Below are positions 1 through 9,979 of a stretch of 64,000 nucleotides of DNA, piece by piece. The DNA is from Fidelibacterota bacterium. GTDB lineage: Bacteria; Fidelibacterota; UBA2242. The position numbers and the translations under genes are program-made. Position 1 is the stretch's first letter; each line of letters begins with the position of its first letter. Where the stretch lies: assembly GCA_049975265.1 (NCBI GenBank), contig JBNGDF010000011.1:12705-76704 (forward strand), in the 5' to 3' direction. The notes below the pieces were generated by a model, which saw only the letters and a list, made by a program, of their open reading frames with translations, was not told the origin of the DNA and searched no databases.

Positions 1-1262
1 CATATCAGGTGGAAGGCGGCAGCTACAATGCCGATTGGGCGGAATGGGAGAAAACCTATGATTCTTATGGCAATCCCCATATTAAAAACGGTGATCGCTG
101 CGGAGATGCAGCCGACCACTGGTATCGCTATCGCGAAGATTTACGGCTTCTGAAGGACCTTGGCTGCAACTCCTACCGCTTTTCCGTGGAATGGAGCAAG
201 CTGGTTCCGCGACCCGGAAAGTGGGACCCGGCAGCCGCTGATCACTACGTGAAAATGTGTCAGTATATGCGCGACCTGGAAATTGAGCCGAATCTGACAC
301 TGCACCATTTTACACTGCCCCGCTGGCTGGCGGAGAAAGGCGGATTTGAACATCCCGACTCGATCAACTATTTTGCGGATTTTACTCATAAAACCGCCGA
401 AACCTTAGGTCCCTTTGTAGATTACTGGGCGACCTTTAACGAACCCGTTGCCCTGGCGCTGATGGGCTGGATTCGTGGGGTCTGGCCCCCAGGGAAGCAG
501 GACATCTGTCTCGCCGCCCGGGTGCTGGGCAATATTCTGGAGGCGCACCAGCAGGCGTACCGGATTCTCCACGCCACCGTCCGGCAGGATTCCGACGGCG
601 ATGGCGTTCCCTGCCAGGTGGGTATCGTAAAAAATCTTACCATTTTCGATCCGGCGCGGAAGTGGCATCTGCTGGACTGGTTCTGTGCCCTGCAGATCAA
701 TAAACTCTACAACGATGCCGTCCTGGATGCCTTTCAAAGTGATCGTTTCCGTTTCAATTTATTGAACCGCGTCCGCTATGAAAAAGATCTGCTAGGTTTG
801 AGTGATATGCTGGACTGGATCGGGGTCAATTACTATACTCAATTTCTGACGAAATTCGATCCGTCATCCGATCAGAAAATAGCGGTATTTCCGGCGAAGA
901 GACTCCCCAAAACAGATACGCACTGGGCGGTGTATCCCGCCGGATTGTATCAGGTGTTGCAGCGGGTGAACAGTTTTGGGATACCGGTTTTTATTACCGA
1001 GAACGGTGTTGCTACGGAAGACGATCAGCTGCGGGAAGATTTCATTCTGAAACACATTGATGCCATGTACGAAGCGATTCTGGATAAAGTCGATGTCCGT
1101 GGGTACTATTACTGGTCGCTGATGGATAATTTTGAATGGGCGGAGGGCTTTGAAAAGCGTTTTGGATTGTATTATGTGGATTATCAGAGCCGGGAACGGA
1201 CCCTGAAAAACGGAGTAGATATTTACCGCAAGATCATTGACCGTAATCGTTCTGAAGGATAA
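1..1262 (+). CDS. Glycoside hydrolase family 1 beta-glucosidase (5-prime end cut by window edge)
   Basis: Frame is open to position 1. GH1 acid/base motif TFNEP, nucleophile motif ITENG and C-terminal SLMDNFEWAEGFEKRFGL signature are present. Confidence 0.9.
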   Translation, partial: YQVEGGSYNADWAEWEKTYDSYGNPHIKNGDRCGDAADHWYRYREDLRLLKDLGCNSYRFSVEWSKLVPRPGKWDPAAADHYVKMCQYMRDLEIEPNLTLHHFTLPRWLAEKGGFEHPDSINYFADFTHKTAETLGPFVDYWATFNEPVALALMGWIRGVWPPGKQDICLAARVLGNILEAHQQAYRILHATVRQDSDGDGVPCQVGIVKNLTIFDPARKWHLLDWFCALQINKLYNDAVLDAFQSDRFRFNLLNRVRYEKDLLGLSDMLDWIGVNYYTQFLTKFDPSSDQKIAVFPAKRLPKTDTHWAVYPAGLYQVLQRVNSFGIPVFITENGVATEDDQLREDFILKHIDAMYEAILDKVDVRGYYYWSLMDNFEWAEGFEKRFGLYYVDYQSRERTLKNGVDIYRKIIDRNRSEG

Positions 1263-1286
1263 AAATCACTTTATCGGAGAGAAAAA

Positions 1287-3326
1287 ATGCACAGACGGAT
1301 GATTTTATTGATGACAATCTTTATTGTGGTAAGCGGAGCCGGATTTGCCGGTGAGAAGCGGGCGTTGACCTTTGATGACTTGATCGCCTGCCAGCGCCTG
1401 AAAGACCCGCAGATATCGCCTGACGGAAAGCAGATCGCCTTTACGGTCCAGACGATGAACGAAGCCGACAACAGCAGCCTGACGGATATCTATCTGGTTT
1501 CGGCGAATGGGCAGGATCTGCGTCTCTTCAGCGATGGTGAAACGTCGGCATCCTCACCGCGCTGGTCCCCTGACGGACGATTGAGCTTTTTATCCGACGG
1601 ACAAATCTGGATTCAGGGACTCACGGATGATAAACCAGTGCAGCTCACGAAGCATTACAGCGGCGTCGCTGAATTTGTCTGGTCCCCCGACGGTCAGAAG
1701 ATTGCCTTTGCCTCACGGGTCTATCCGGACTGCGCCGATCAGGCATGCACCGAAAAGCGAGACAATCAAAAAGCCGACAGTGCCGTGCAAGCCCGTGTTT
1801 ATGATGAGCTGCTTTATCGTCACTGGGACAGCTGGTGTGACCATAAACGGTCGCATATTTTTATCCTGGATGTACAGACCGGCGATTTCCAGGATGTGAC
1901 ACCCGGCGACTACGATGCGCCGCCGATCGCCCTTGCCCACGGATTCACCTTTTCCCAGGATTCAAAATATCTGGTCTACACCAGCAATCATGCAAAAATG
2001 GTGGCGATCAGTACCGATAACGATATCTGGAGAGTGCCGGTGACGGGGGGTGCGCCGGAGCTGGTAACCACAAAATGCAAAGATCGCGATTTTTCCGGGA
2101 ATGACAGCGATCCGCAGTTTTCACCCGATGGACGCTACCTCGCTTTTTTATCAATGAAGCGAGCCGGATTCGAATCGGACAAACCGGACCTGTTGATCAA
2201 GGATTTGAAACGCGGCAAGTTTAAAAACCTGACGGATGATCAGGATATCCGGATCAATGCCTACCGCTGGCTGCCGGATGGAAAAGCGCTGTTGCTGGTG
2301 GTAGATGAGACGGCGCGGCTGAAAATCAAGCGGTTGGAGCTCAAATCCGGGCGTCTGGTTGATCTCGTATCGACGGGCTGTAACCGTTCAATCAGCGTGA
2401 GCGGCGATGGGCAGCAGTTTGCTTATCTGCATGAGCAGTCAACACAGCCGGCAGAAATCTATTGTGCCTCCACCGTAGACGGCAAAGCCCGGCAACTGAC
2501 CCATTTCAATACCGAATTGCTGGCTGAGGTGGAGATGAATGAACCGGAAGAGTTCTGGTTCAAGGGTGCCGATCAGGATGATGTTCACGGATTCATTGTG
2601 AAGCCGCCTTTTTTCGATTCCCGGAAAAAATACCCGGCGGTGTTTTTCGTACATGGCGGACCCCAGGGTGCCTGGCAGGATGAATGGCATTACCGCTGGA
2701 ATATCCAGATGTGGGCGGCGCAGGGGTATGTAATGGTGATGATCAATCCCCGGGGCAGCACCGGTTACGGTCAGAAATTCACCGATGAAATCTCCAAAGA
2801 CTGGGGCGGGAAGGTGTTTGAAGACCTGGTTGCCGGTCAGAAATATGTACTGGACCGGTTTGCCTTTATTGATAAAAACAGGCTGGCGGCTGCCGGGGCG
2901 TCTTATGGTGGCTATATGATGAACTGGATCGAAGGTCACATGGACGCCTTTGCCGTGCCGTTTCAAACCCTGGTCAATCACGATGGCACCTTCAATCTGT
3001 ACACCAATTTTCTGACCACGGAGGAGCTCTGGTTTCCCGAATGGGAATTTAACGGACCCTATTGGGAGGATGAACAATATTACCGGAAATGGTCACCGCA
3101 CAACTATGTAGACAATTTCAATACTCCGATGCTGATCATTCATGGTGAGCGGGATTACCGGCTGGCGTATACCGAAGGTCTGATGCCGTTTACAGCACTG
3201 CGGCGCAAGGGAATTCCGGCGAAGCTGGTCATTTTTCCCGATGAGACCCATTTTGTGACCAAGCCCCAGAACAGCCGCTTCTGGCATGCCACCATCTTTG
3301 ACTGGCTGGACTCTTATATTAAGTAG
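1287..3326 (+). CDS. S9 family serine peptidase (prolyl oligopeptidase / acylaminoacyl-peptidase type), probably exported
   Basis: Hydrophobic N-terminus and a propeller-like N-half with repeated SPDG motifs. The C-terminal alpha/beta-hydrolase has nucleophile elbow GASYGGYM, then GERDYR and DETHF. Confidence 0.85.
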   Translation: MHRRMILLMTIFIVVSGAGFAGEKRALTFDDLIACQRLKDPQISPDGKQIAFTVQTMNEADNSSLTDIYLVSANGQDLRLFSDGETSASSPRWSPDGRLSFLSDGQIWIQGLTDDKPVQLTKHYSGVAEFVWSPDGQKIAFASRVYPDCADQACTEKRDNQKADSAVQARVYDELLYRHWDSWCDHKRSHIFILDVQTGDFQDVTPGDYDAPPIALAHGFTFSQDSKYLVYTSNHAKMVAISTDNDIWRVPVTGGAPELVTTKCKDRDFSGNDSDPQFSPDGRYLAFLSMKRAGFESDKPDLLIKDLKRGKFKNLTDDQDIRINAYRWLPDGKALLLVVDETARLKIKRLELKSGRLVDLVSTGCNRSISVSGDGQQFAYLHEQSTQPAEIYCASTVDGKARQLTHFNTELLAEVEMNEPEEFWFKGADQDDVHGFIVKPPFFDSRKKYPAVFFVHGGPQGAWQDEWHYRWNIQMWAAQGYVMVMINPRGSTGYGQKFTDEISKDWGGKVFEDLVAGQKYVLDRFAFIDKNRLAAAGASYGGYMMNWIEGHMDAFAVPFQTLVNHDGTFNLYTNFLTTEELWFPEWEFNGPYWEDEQYYRKWSPHNYVDNFNTPMLIIHGERDYRLAYTEGLMPFTALRRKGIPAKLVIFPDETHFVTKPQNSRFWHATIFDWLDSYIK

Positions 3327-3408
3327 ACGTTCGTGAAGCCGGTGATTGCTAATATCCTGCTTTGTTAAAAGGCGGATATTATCTATTTTATGATGGATTT
3401 ACATGTGA

Positions 3409-3438
3409 TTGAAAAGCCAGTTGTTGTTTTAGTATAAT
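3409..3438 (+). promoter_or_regulatory. Sigma70-like promoter candidate upstream of murQ operon
   Basis: TTGAAA (3409-3414), 18-nt spacer, TATAAT (3433-3438), 23 nt before the murQ ATG. Confidence 0.45.
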
Positions 3439-3461
3439 TTTAAAAAAGAGATGTCGGAGCG

Positions 3462-4382
3462 ATGGAGAAAATTCTGAACAGAAGCAACATTTTAACGGAA
3501 AAGATCAACCCGAAGAGTGCCCGGATCGACACCATGTCCACCGAGGAGATTATTCGACTGATCAATGAAGAGGATGGAACCGTTCATAAAGCCGTCGCGA
3601 AGGCAATCCCGGACATCGTCCGGGCGACTGATATAGTCGTAAATGCCTTCAAACATGGTGGTCGGCTGCGCTATATCGGCGCCGGCACCAGCGGACGGTT
3701 GGGAGTTCTGGATGCCAGTGAAATCCCGCCCACCTTTTCAGTTTCCACCGACCTGGTTCAGGGGATGATTGCCGGTGGCTGGCGGGCGCTACGGGAGGCG
3801 ATTGAAGGTGCCGAAGACTTCGAAGAGAGCGGTGCGGAGAATTGCAAAGCCATCAGATTGACCTCCAAAGATGTTCTCATGGGGATCGCCACCGGCGGGA
3901 CAACTCCCTACGTTCACGGCGGCTTGAAATATGCCAAGTCCATTGGGTGTAAGACGATCTTTTTTACCTGTACGCCGCATGAGGAGCTGGGCATTGATGA
4001 GGTCGTCGATGTCTTTATTGATGTGCTGGTGGGACCGGAACTAATCACCGGCTCGACCCGTATGAAAGCCGGCACCGCCACCAAAATGGTTCTGAATATG
4101 ATCACCACTACTGCCATGATCAAAATGGGCAAAGTCTATGGCAATTACATGATTGATCATCAGGCGATCAATTCCAAGCTGGTGGACCGCGGCACACGCA
4201 TCATCGCCACGCTGACAGGACTGTCTTATGAGGATGCCTATCAGGCTTTGCTGGCTGCCGATAAACATGTCAAAGAGGCGGTGGTGATGGTCAAGCGGAA
4301 TGTCTCACTGGAAAAAGCGCGCCGGCTCATTGCCGAACATGACGGTTTCGTCCGTTTTGCTTTTGAAGAATCCGACCAATAG
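3462..4382 (+). CDS. murQ: N-acetylmuramic acid 6-phosphate etherase
   Basis: SIS-domain protein with the characteristic GAGTSGRLGVLDASEIPPTF and TGSTRMKAGTATKMVLN motifs. Confidence 0.9.
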   Translation: MEKILNRSNILTEKINPKSARIDTMSTEEIIRLINEEDGTVHKAVAKAIPDIVRATDIVVNAFKHGGRLRYIGAGTSGRLGVLDASEIPPTFSVSTDLVQGMIAGGWRALREAIEGAEDFEESGAENCKAIRLTSKDVLMGIATGGTTPYVHGGLKYAKSIGCKTIFFTCTPHEELGIDEVVDVFIDVLVGPELITGSTRMKAGTATKMVLNMITTTAMIKMGKVYGNYMIDHQAINSKLVDRGTRIIATLTGLSYEDAYQALLAADKHVKEAVVMVKRNVSLEKARRLIAEHDGFVRFAFEESDQ

Positions 4383-4414
4383 GTCCGCACAATCAAACAG
4401 ACACTTTTCGGCTC

Positions 4415-5572
4415 ATGACCTCAATTTGGAATCTGCATCAAAAAACCGATCTGAACGTTCTGGGACTGATGTCCGGCACGTCCATGGACGGTCTGGATAT
4501 CTGCCTTGCAAAAATTGCAAAAGATGGCAACACCATGACGGTAAACGAGTACCGCTTTTCTGAATACGCCTATCCCGGTGATGTTAAAGCGTGGCTGAGT
4601 CGCCTGCCGGAAGCGAATGCCGAGACGCTCTGCCGGGCAAATTTCACGATTTCGGAAACCTACCTGCCGTTGATTCACCGGTTTTTAAAAGACAATGAGA
4701 TTTCCGGTAAGGAGATTGATCTGATCGGCAGTCACGGGCAGACAATCTGGCATGTTCATCGTCATTCTACCCTGCAGCTCGGCGAAGCCGCGGTTCTGGC
4801 GGAGGCGTTTACAGTTCCGGTGGTTTCGGATTTTCGGGTTCGGGACATCGCTGCCGGTGGTTCGGGTGCGCCGCTGGTACCCTTTGTGGACTTTTTACTT
4901 TTCCAAAAACTTCAAAAAAACCTCATGGTGCTGAATATCGGCGGGATCGCCAATTTCACCCTGATTCCCGTCCGGGCTGAAAGTGCTGCGGATATCTATG
5001 CACTGGACACCGGTCCGGGGAATTCGTTGATTGATCTGGCGGTGAGAATGTACACCGACGGGCGGGAGACGTTTGACCGGGATGGAAAAATCGCCCGCAC
5101 GGGGCGCATTCGCCGGGATATCCTGGCTCACCTGATGGAGCACCCCTACATTCGCGCGGAGATGCCGAAATCCACCGGACGTGAGGTCTTCGGGCAAAAA
5201 ATGCTGACGGAAATTGTGCAAAGATTTATGCTGGAAAGGTCGGATTTTCCTGACCTTATTATGACCCTGACACGTTTTACTGCCGACTCAATTTATTCAA
5301 ATTATCAACAGTTCTTTGCAAATAAATATCCGATCGACGAAATTATTGTCAGTGGCGGGGGTGTTGAAAATCCGGTGTTAACGGAGCATTTGAAAGCAGA
5401 TTTTGCTGGAGTATCGATGAAACTTTCGGATGATTATGGTGTCGGGAGTGCTGCCAAGGAGGCGTTGACCTTTGCCCTGTTGGCGGCAGCGGCGATCTGG
5501 GGCATTCCGGGAAATGTCCCGAATGTTACAGGAGCGGCGCATGCTGTAGTGTTAGGTAAAATTAGTTTGTAA
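4415..5572 (+). CDS. anmK: Anhydro-N-acetylmuramic acid kinase
   Basis: N-terminal GLMSGTSMDGLD motif and 385 aa length are typical of AnmK. It lies directly downstream of murQ. Confidence 0.9.
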   Translation: MTSIWNLHQKTDLNVLGLMSGTSMDGLDICLAKIAKDGNTMTVNEYRFSEYAYPGDVKAWLSRLPEANAETLCRANFTISETYLPLIHRFLKDNEISGKEIDLIGSHGQTIWHVHRHSTLQLGEAAVLAEAFTVPVVSDFRVRDIAAGGSGAPLVPFVDFLLFQKLQKNLMVLNIGGIANFTLIPVRAESAADIYALDTGPGNSLIDLAVRMYTDGRETFDRDGKIARTGRIRRDILAHLMEHPYIRAEMPKSTGREVFGQKMLTEIVQRFMLERSDFPDLIMTLTRFTADSIYSNYQQFFANKYPIDEIIVSGGGVENPVLTEHLKADFAGVSMKLSDDYGVGSAAKEALTFALLAAAAIWGIPGNVPNVTGAAHAVVLGKISL

Positions 5573-5585
5573 AAGGAGATTGATA

Positions 5586-6947
5586 ATGAATCCGTACATT
5601 TTTCGTGAATATGATATCCGGGGAGTCGTTGCCGAAGATTTTCCGGAAGAGGTTGTGGTGCAATTGGGGAAAGCCTTCGGGACCTATGTCCGGGAGAAGG
5701 GCGGTAAGACCATTGCGTTGAGCGGTGATGTACGGCTTTCCACGCCGGCTCTGAAAAAGGCGTTTGCTGAGGGTTTGATGGCAACCGGAGTGGATGTTAT
5801 CGATGTAGGTATTGTCCCGACGCCGGTGAATTACTACAGCATGGTGATTCTCGATGTAGATGGGGCGGTGCAGATTACCGGTAGTCACAATCCGTCAGAC
5901 ATGAATGGATTTAAGTTGTCCTATGAGGGCAAAGCGGTGTACGGCTCCGATATTCAGTATCTGAAATCACTGATCGACGCTGGTAAATTTGCCGCCGGAG
6001 CAGGTCGTTTTTCGGAAAAGGAAATTCTGGAAGATTACAAGCAAATGGTCATCTCGAAAATTACCCTGGAACGCCCGGTAAAGCTGGTAATGGATTGTGG
6101 CAATGCCGCCGCCTGTCTGGCTGCGCCGGAGATTTATAAAGCCGTGGGTTGCGAAGTGACGGAACTGTTGTGCGAGGTGGACGGCACATTCCCCAATCAT
6201 CATCCCGATCCGACAGTGAAAAAGAATCTGAAGGATTTAATTACGCAGGTGAAAAAGGGTGGCTACGATTTTGGGATTGCTTTTGACGGCGATGCCGACC
6301 GGGTCGGAATCGTAGATGATCAGGGCGAAATCATCTGGGCGGATTATATTATCATTCTGATGCTGGATGAGATTTTTGCGAAATATCCCGGTACCGGCGT
6401 GGTGTTTGACGTCAAATGCTCCCAGGCGCTGGAGGAGGCGATCGTGGAAAAAGGGGGACGTCCGATTATGTGGAAGACCGGGCATTCGCTGATCAAGCAG
6501 AAAATGAAAGAGGAAAATGTGCCCTTTTCCGGGGAAATGAGCGGACATATCTTTTTCAAGGACGACTATTACGGTTTTGACGACGCCATCTATGTGGGTC
6601 TGCGGTTTGCCCGGATGGTATCGCAGCTGAAAGAGCCGTTATCCCGGCGGATGGCGAAACTGCCCCGTTACTATTCCACACCGGAGATGCGTCTGGAATG
6701 CGAAAGCGATAAAGTGAAGTTTGAGATTGCGCAGAAGGCAGCCGAGTATTTTAAAGCCAACTATGACTGTATTGATGTGGACGGCGTCCGGATTAAATTC
6801 GGTGACGGCTGGGGTCTGGTGCGGAAATCCAATACGCAGCCGGTGATCGTGACCCGTTTTGAAGCCAAAACCGAGCAGCGGCTGGCAGAGATCAAAGATT
6901 TGGTGTTGACGAAGCTACAGGAGTTTGGGAAACTGCAAATAAATTAG
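5586..6947 (+). CDS. Phosphomannomutase/phosphoglucomutase family phosphohexomutase
   Basis: Active-site loop TGSHNPSDMNGFK, metal loop FDGDADR and sugar loop GEMSGH. The ATG at 5586 is preferred over the TTG at 5580 because AAGGAG lies 7 nt upstream. Confidence 0.85.
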   Translation: MNPYIFREYDIRGVVAEDFPEEVVVQLGKAFGTYVREKGGKTIALSGDVRLSTPALKKAFAEGLMATGVDVIDVGIVPTPVNYYSMVILDVDGAVQITGSHNPSDMNGFKLSYEGKAVYGSDIQYLKSLIDAGKFAAGAGRFSEKEILEDYKQMVISKITLERPVKLVMDCGNAAACLAAPEIYKAVGCEVTELLCEVDGTFPNHHPDPTVKKNLKDLITQVKKGGYDFGIAFDGDADRVGIVDDQGEIIWADYIIILMLDEIFAKYPGTGVVFDVKCSQALEEAIVEKGGRPIMWKTGHSLIKQKMKEENVPFSGEMSGHIFFKDDYYGFDDAIYVGLRFARMVSQLKEPLSRRMAKLPRYYSTPEMRLECESDKVKFEIAQKAAEYFKANYDCIDVDGVRIKFGDGWGLVRKSNTQPVIVTRFEAKTEQRLAEIKDLVLTKLQEFGKLQIN

Positions 6948-6953
6948 CCCGAG

Positions 6954-7925
6954 ATGACAACCGATTTCGAAAGCAAAATAACTGCATATCGGCGTGAAAT
7001 CGACCACGATCTGGCGCAATTGAATCTGCCGACATACCCGAGAGGTCTGTATGAGCCGATGCAGTACAGTGTTACTGCCCCGGGCAAACGAATTCGCCCG
7101 CTCTTAACCTTTTTGACGGGAGAAGGTCTTGGAGTGGCGCATCAGCGGCTGCGTCCGGCGGCAATGGCGGTGGAGATATTGCACGCATTTACCCTGGTTC
7201 ATGACGATATCATGGACAATGACACCAAACGGCGGGGACGGGATACCGTCCACGTTAAGTGGGATGTCAACACCGCTATCCTGAGCGGTGATGGACTGAT
7301 GGCGCTGGCGTTTCGGCAATTGATGGACACCAAAACGACCCGGATACAGCGGATGGGTTGGGAGTTCAGTCAGGCAATGCTGGAAATCTGTGAGGGGCAA
7401 TCTCTGGATATGGCGTTTGAAAGGCGTCTGGATGTCACCACGAGAGAATATCTGGAAATGGTGGGCAAAAAGACCGGTCGTTTGCTGGGTCTGGCATGTC
7501 AGCTGGCGGTACTTATCTCCGCTGCCGATCAGGCGATGGTGGAGGGTGCAAATCGTTTCGGCATCGAGCTGGGACAGGCGTTTCAGATTCAGGATGATCT
7601 TTTGGAGATCAGTTCCGATGCGGAAAAAATGGGGAAGAGTCTCGACAGCGATATACAATCGGGTAAAAAGACATACCCGCTGCTGCTGATGCTGGCAGAC
7701 ATGGATGCCACCGAAAGGATATCCTTTATCGACTTTATGAAGGAAAATCTGAACAATCGCGGGGCGATTCTGACGGCATTTAAAAGAAAAGATGTCCTGG
7801 ATCGTACCCGGCAGGACATCTCTCAGATTCTGAATAGTGCGCTGAAGCGTCTGGAGCAATTTCCGGCGGCGGCGGCTGAAAATTTGGCATTTCTGGTAGA
7901 TCAAATTTCAAAGAGGCAGCAATAA
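6954..7925 (+). CDS. Short-chain (E)-polyprenyl diphosphate synthase (FPP/GGPP synthase type)
   Basis: First Asp-rich motif LVHDDIMDND and second FQIQDDLLE. Phe sits 5 residues before the first motif. Product chain length cannot be fixed from sequence. Confidence 0.85.
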   Translation: MTTDFESKITAYRREIDHDLAQLNLPTYPRGLYEPMQYSVTAPGKRIRPLLTFLTGEGLGVAHQRLRPAAMAVEILHAFTLVHDDIMDNDTKRRGRDTVHVKWDVNTAILSGDGLMALAFRQLMDTKTTRIQRMGWEFSQAMLEICEGQSLDMAFERRLDVTTREYLEMVGKKTGRLLGLACQLAVLISAADQAMVEGANRFGIELGQAFQIQDDLLEISSDAEKMGKSLDSDIQSGKKTYPLLLMLADMDATERISFIDFMKENLNNRGAILTAFKRKDVLDRTRQDISQILNSALKRLEQFPAAAAENLAFLVDQISKRQQ

Positions 7926-7928
7926 TCC

Positions 7929-8195
7929 ATGAAAAGCCGTGAGGTTTCGATTCTGAATAAATACGGATTGCACACCCGCCCGGCGACGGCTTTTGTGACG
8001 GAGGCTTCACGGTTTCGATCGGAAATTTTCCTGGAGTATAAAGGGGTACGGGTCAATGCCAAGAGTATCCTGGGACTGCTGGTATTGGCGGTGGAGCCGG
8101 GGGCAACACTGACCCTGGTTGCCGATGGTCCCGATGAAGATGAAGCCATCGAAGCACTCAGCAGTTTGACCCAAAACAAATTTAACCTGGAATAG
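7929..8195 (+). CDS. ptsH: Phosphocarrier protein HPr
   Basis: 88 aa with the GLHTRPA His15 motif and an NAKSILG Ser46-type motif. Confidence 0.9.
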   Translation: MKSREVSILNKYGLHTRPATAFVTEASRFRSEIFLEYKGVRVNAKSILGLLVLAVEPGATLTLVADGPDEDEAIEALSSLTQNKFNLE

Positions 8196-8197
8196 CC

Positions 8198-9928
8198 GTG
8201 AAAAAGATCAAAGGCATACGAATATCTCCCGGTATCGTTTGTGGACCGATCTATTATTTTGAGAGAGGGCGATTAAATGTTCCCCGGCACTTTATTCAGG
8301 AAAATGACTTCGACAGCGAAATGCAGCGTTTTAAACAGGCGATTCGCTCATCGGTGAAGGAGCTGAAGCAGGTCAGAGATTTGGTCCTGGATCACCTGGA
8401 TGAGGAGCATGCCCGGATCATAGATGCACAGCTGCTTGCCGTGCAGGACGAAGAGATGATCAAGGCGGTCAAAAACCTTATGCAGCGGGAGCGAAAAAAT
8501 GTGACCTGGGCATATTATGATGTCATGAACGAGTACGAAGTTCTGCTGCTGAATACCTATAGCCGGTTTTTCAAAGAGCGAACCGCAGATCTGAAAGATA
8601 TTAAGAAGCGGGTCCTGGATCATCTGATTGGCGAGGGAAGAGCCATTTTGCCGGATATCAGCCAGCCGTCAATTATCGTAGCGGAAAAAATTTCGCCGGG
8701 GGATTTGATTCACCTTGAACACAGCCTGGCGCTTGGGCTGATTACCCGTGAAGGGGGATTTGACTCACACGCCGGCATTTTGGCACGGGCTTTCCGGGTA
8801 CCCTATCTTTCCAGTGTGGAGCCGATTGAAGAGCTGGTCTCCTATTCCGAAATAATCCTGGATGCCGACAATGAGGAGATTCTACTGGATGTCAGCAGCT
8901 CCCAGAGGCAGCAGTACCGCGAGCGAATCGAGGAATTCTGCAAATTTCGGAAGAAGATCATTTCGGCGAAGGTTGCGAATTCCACCAAAGATAAGGTGCC
9001 GTTTCATATCTATCTGAATGTCGGCTTTGTGGATGAAGTAGAAGCGATTGATCCGCGGCTGGTCCAGGGAATCGGGCTCTATCGGACAGAATTTCTCTGC
9101 ATTGAGAAAAATATTATTCCCGATGAAGAGGTCCAGTTTCAGGCATATCAGACCGTATTGAAGAAAATGGGTCGTCTACCGGTTATTTTCAGGGTTTTTG
9201 ATTTTGGACGGGATAAATTGCTGGCAATGCTGGATCTGGAGGTGATTCAGGAGGATCATATTTTTGACGAGTGGGGTGGCATCGGCTTTTTGCTGGAAAA
9301 CAGGGAAATCCTCAAGGCGCAATTGCGGGCTCTCTTGCGAGCTAGTGTCTCGGGCAATGTCAAAATCATGCTGCCGCTGGTAATGTTTACCGGTGAAGTG
9401 AGACAGACGATCGCACTGCTGGATGAGGTCAAAGCGGAGTTACGGCAGCACGGAATTCCCTTCAGCAACAACATCGAGCTGGGCGCCATGATTGAGACCA
9501 GCAGTATCCTTGAACAGCTGGATGAACTGGCGGACCTGGTGGATTTTTTCAGCATTGGAACCAACGATCTGGCACTGTATCTCATCGGTTCGGGACGGAC
9601 GGAGGATTTGACCCGCAACTATTACCATCCGAAAATATTTCAGGCAATCGGTAAAATCGTTACCGCCGCCGGACGGGCGGATATCCCCGTGACCGTCTGC
9701 GGCGAAATGGCGTCCGATCCGTATGCCTTGATCGGACTGACCGCCATCGGTATCCGTTCGATCAGCGTCAGTACCAGCGCTCTGGGTGACATTTCGAAAG
9801 AGGTCATTATGCTGGATACGAGATTGCTGCAAAATCTGTCGGATTTGATATTAAACACCGACAGTGCCGCCACCATCCATTCCATTCTGGTACAATATTA
9901 TCGTGATTGTCTCGGAGGTCGGGAATAA
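8198..9928 (+). CDS. ptsI: Phosphoenolpyruvate-protein phosphotransferase (PTS enzyme I)
   Basis: GGFDSHAGILARA phospho-His motif, plus GLYRTEFL, FFSIGTNDL and CGEMASDP motifs. GTG start lies 2 nt after ptsH. Confidence 0.9.
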   Translation: MKKIKGIRISPGIVCGPIYYFERGRLNVPRHFIQENDFDSEMQRFKQAIRSSVKELKQVRDLVLDHLDEEHARIIDAQLLAVQDEEMIKAVKNLMQRERKNVTWAYYDVMNEYEVLLLNTYSRFFKERTADLKDIKKRVLDHLIGEGRAILPDISQPSIIVAEKISPGDLIHLEHSLALGLITREGGFDSHAGILARAFRVPYLSSVEPIEELVSYSEIILDADNEEILLDVSSSQRQQYRERIEEFCKFRKKIISAKVANSTKDKVPFHIYLNVGFVDEVEAIDPRLVQGIGLYRTEFLCIEKNIIPDEEVQFQAYQTVLKKMGRLPVIFRVFDFGRDKLLAMLDLEVIQEDHIFDEWGGIGFLLENREILKAQLRALLRASVSGNVKIMLPLVMFTGEVRQTIALLDEVKAELRQHGIPFSNNIELGAMIETSSILEQLDELADLVDFFSIGTNDLALYLIGSGRTEDLTRNYYHPKIFQAIGKIVTAAGRADIPVTVCGEMASDPYALIGLTAIGIRSISVSTSALGDISKEVIMLDTRLLQNLSDLILNTDSAATIHSILVQYYRDCLGGRE

Positions 9929-9979
9929 TTGCGACTTTATTCTTGCGAATCCTGAATTCCACGAATATATTTAAGAAGT

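Noticed and set aside
7104-7904. 266-aa ORF antisense to the polyprenyl synthase gene.
   Set aside because: It lies entirely inside a gene with clear conserved motifs on the other strand. Its translation is low-complexity and Arg/Gln/His-rich with no motif. This is a typical shadow ORF.
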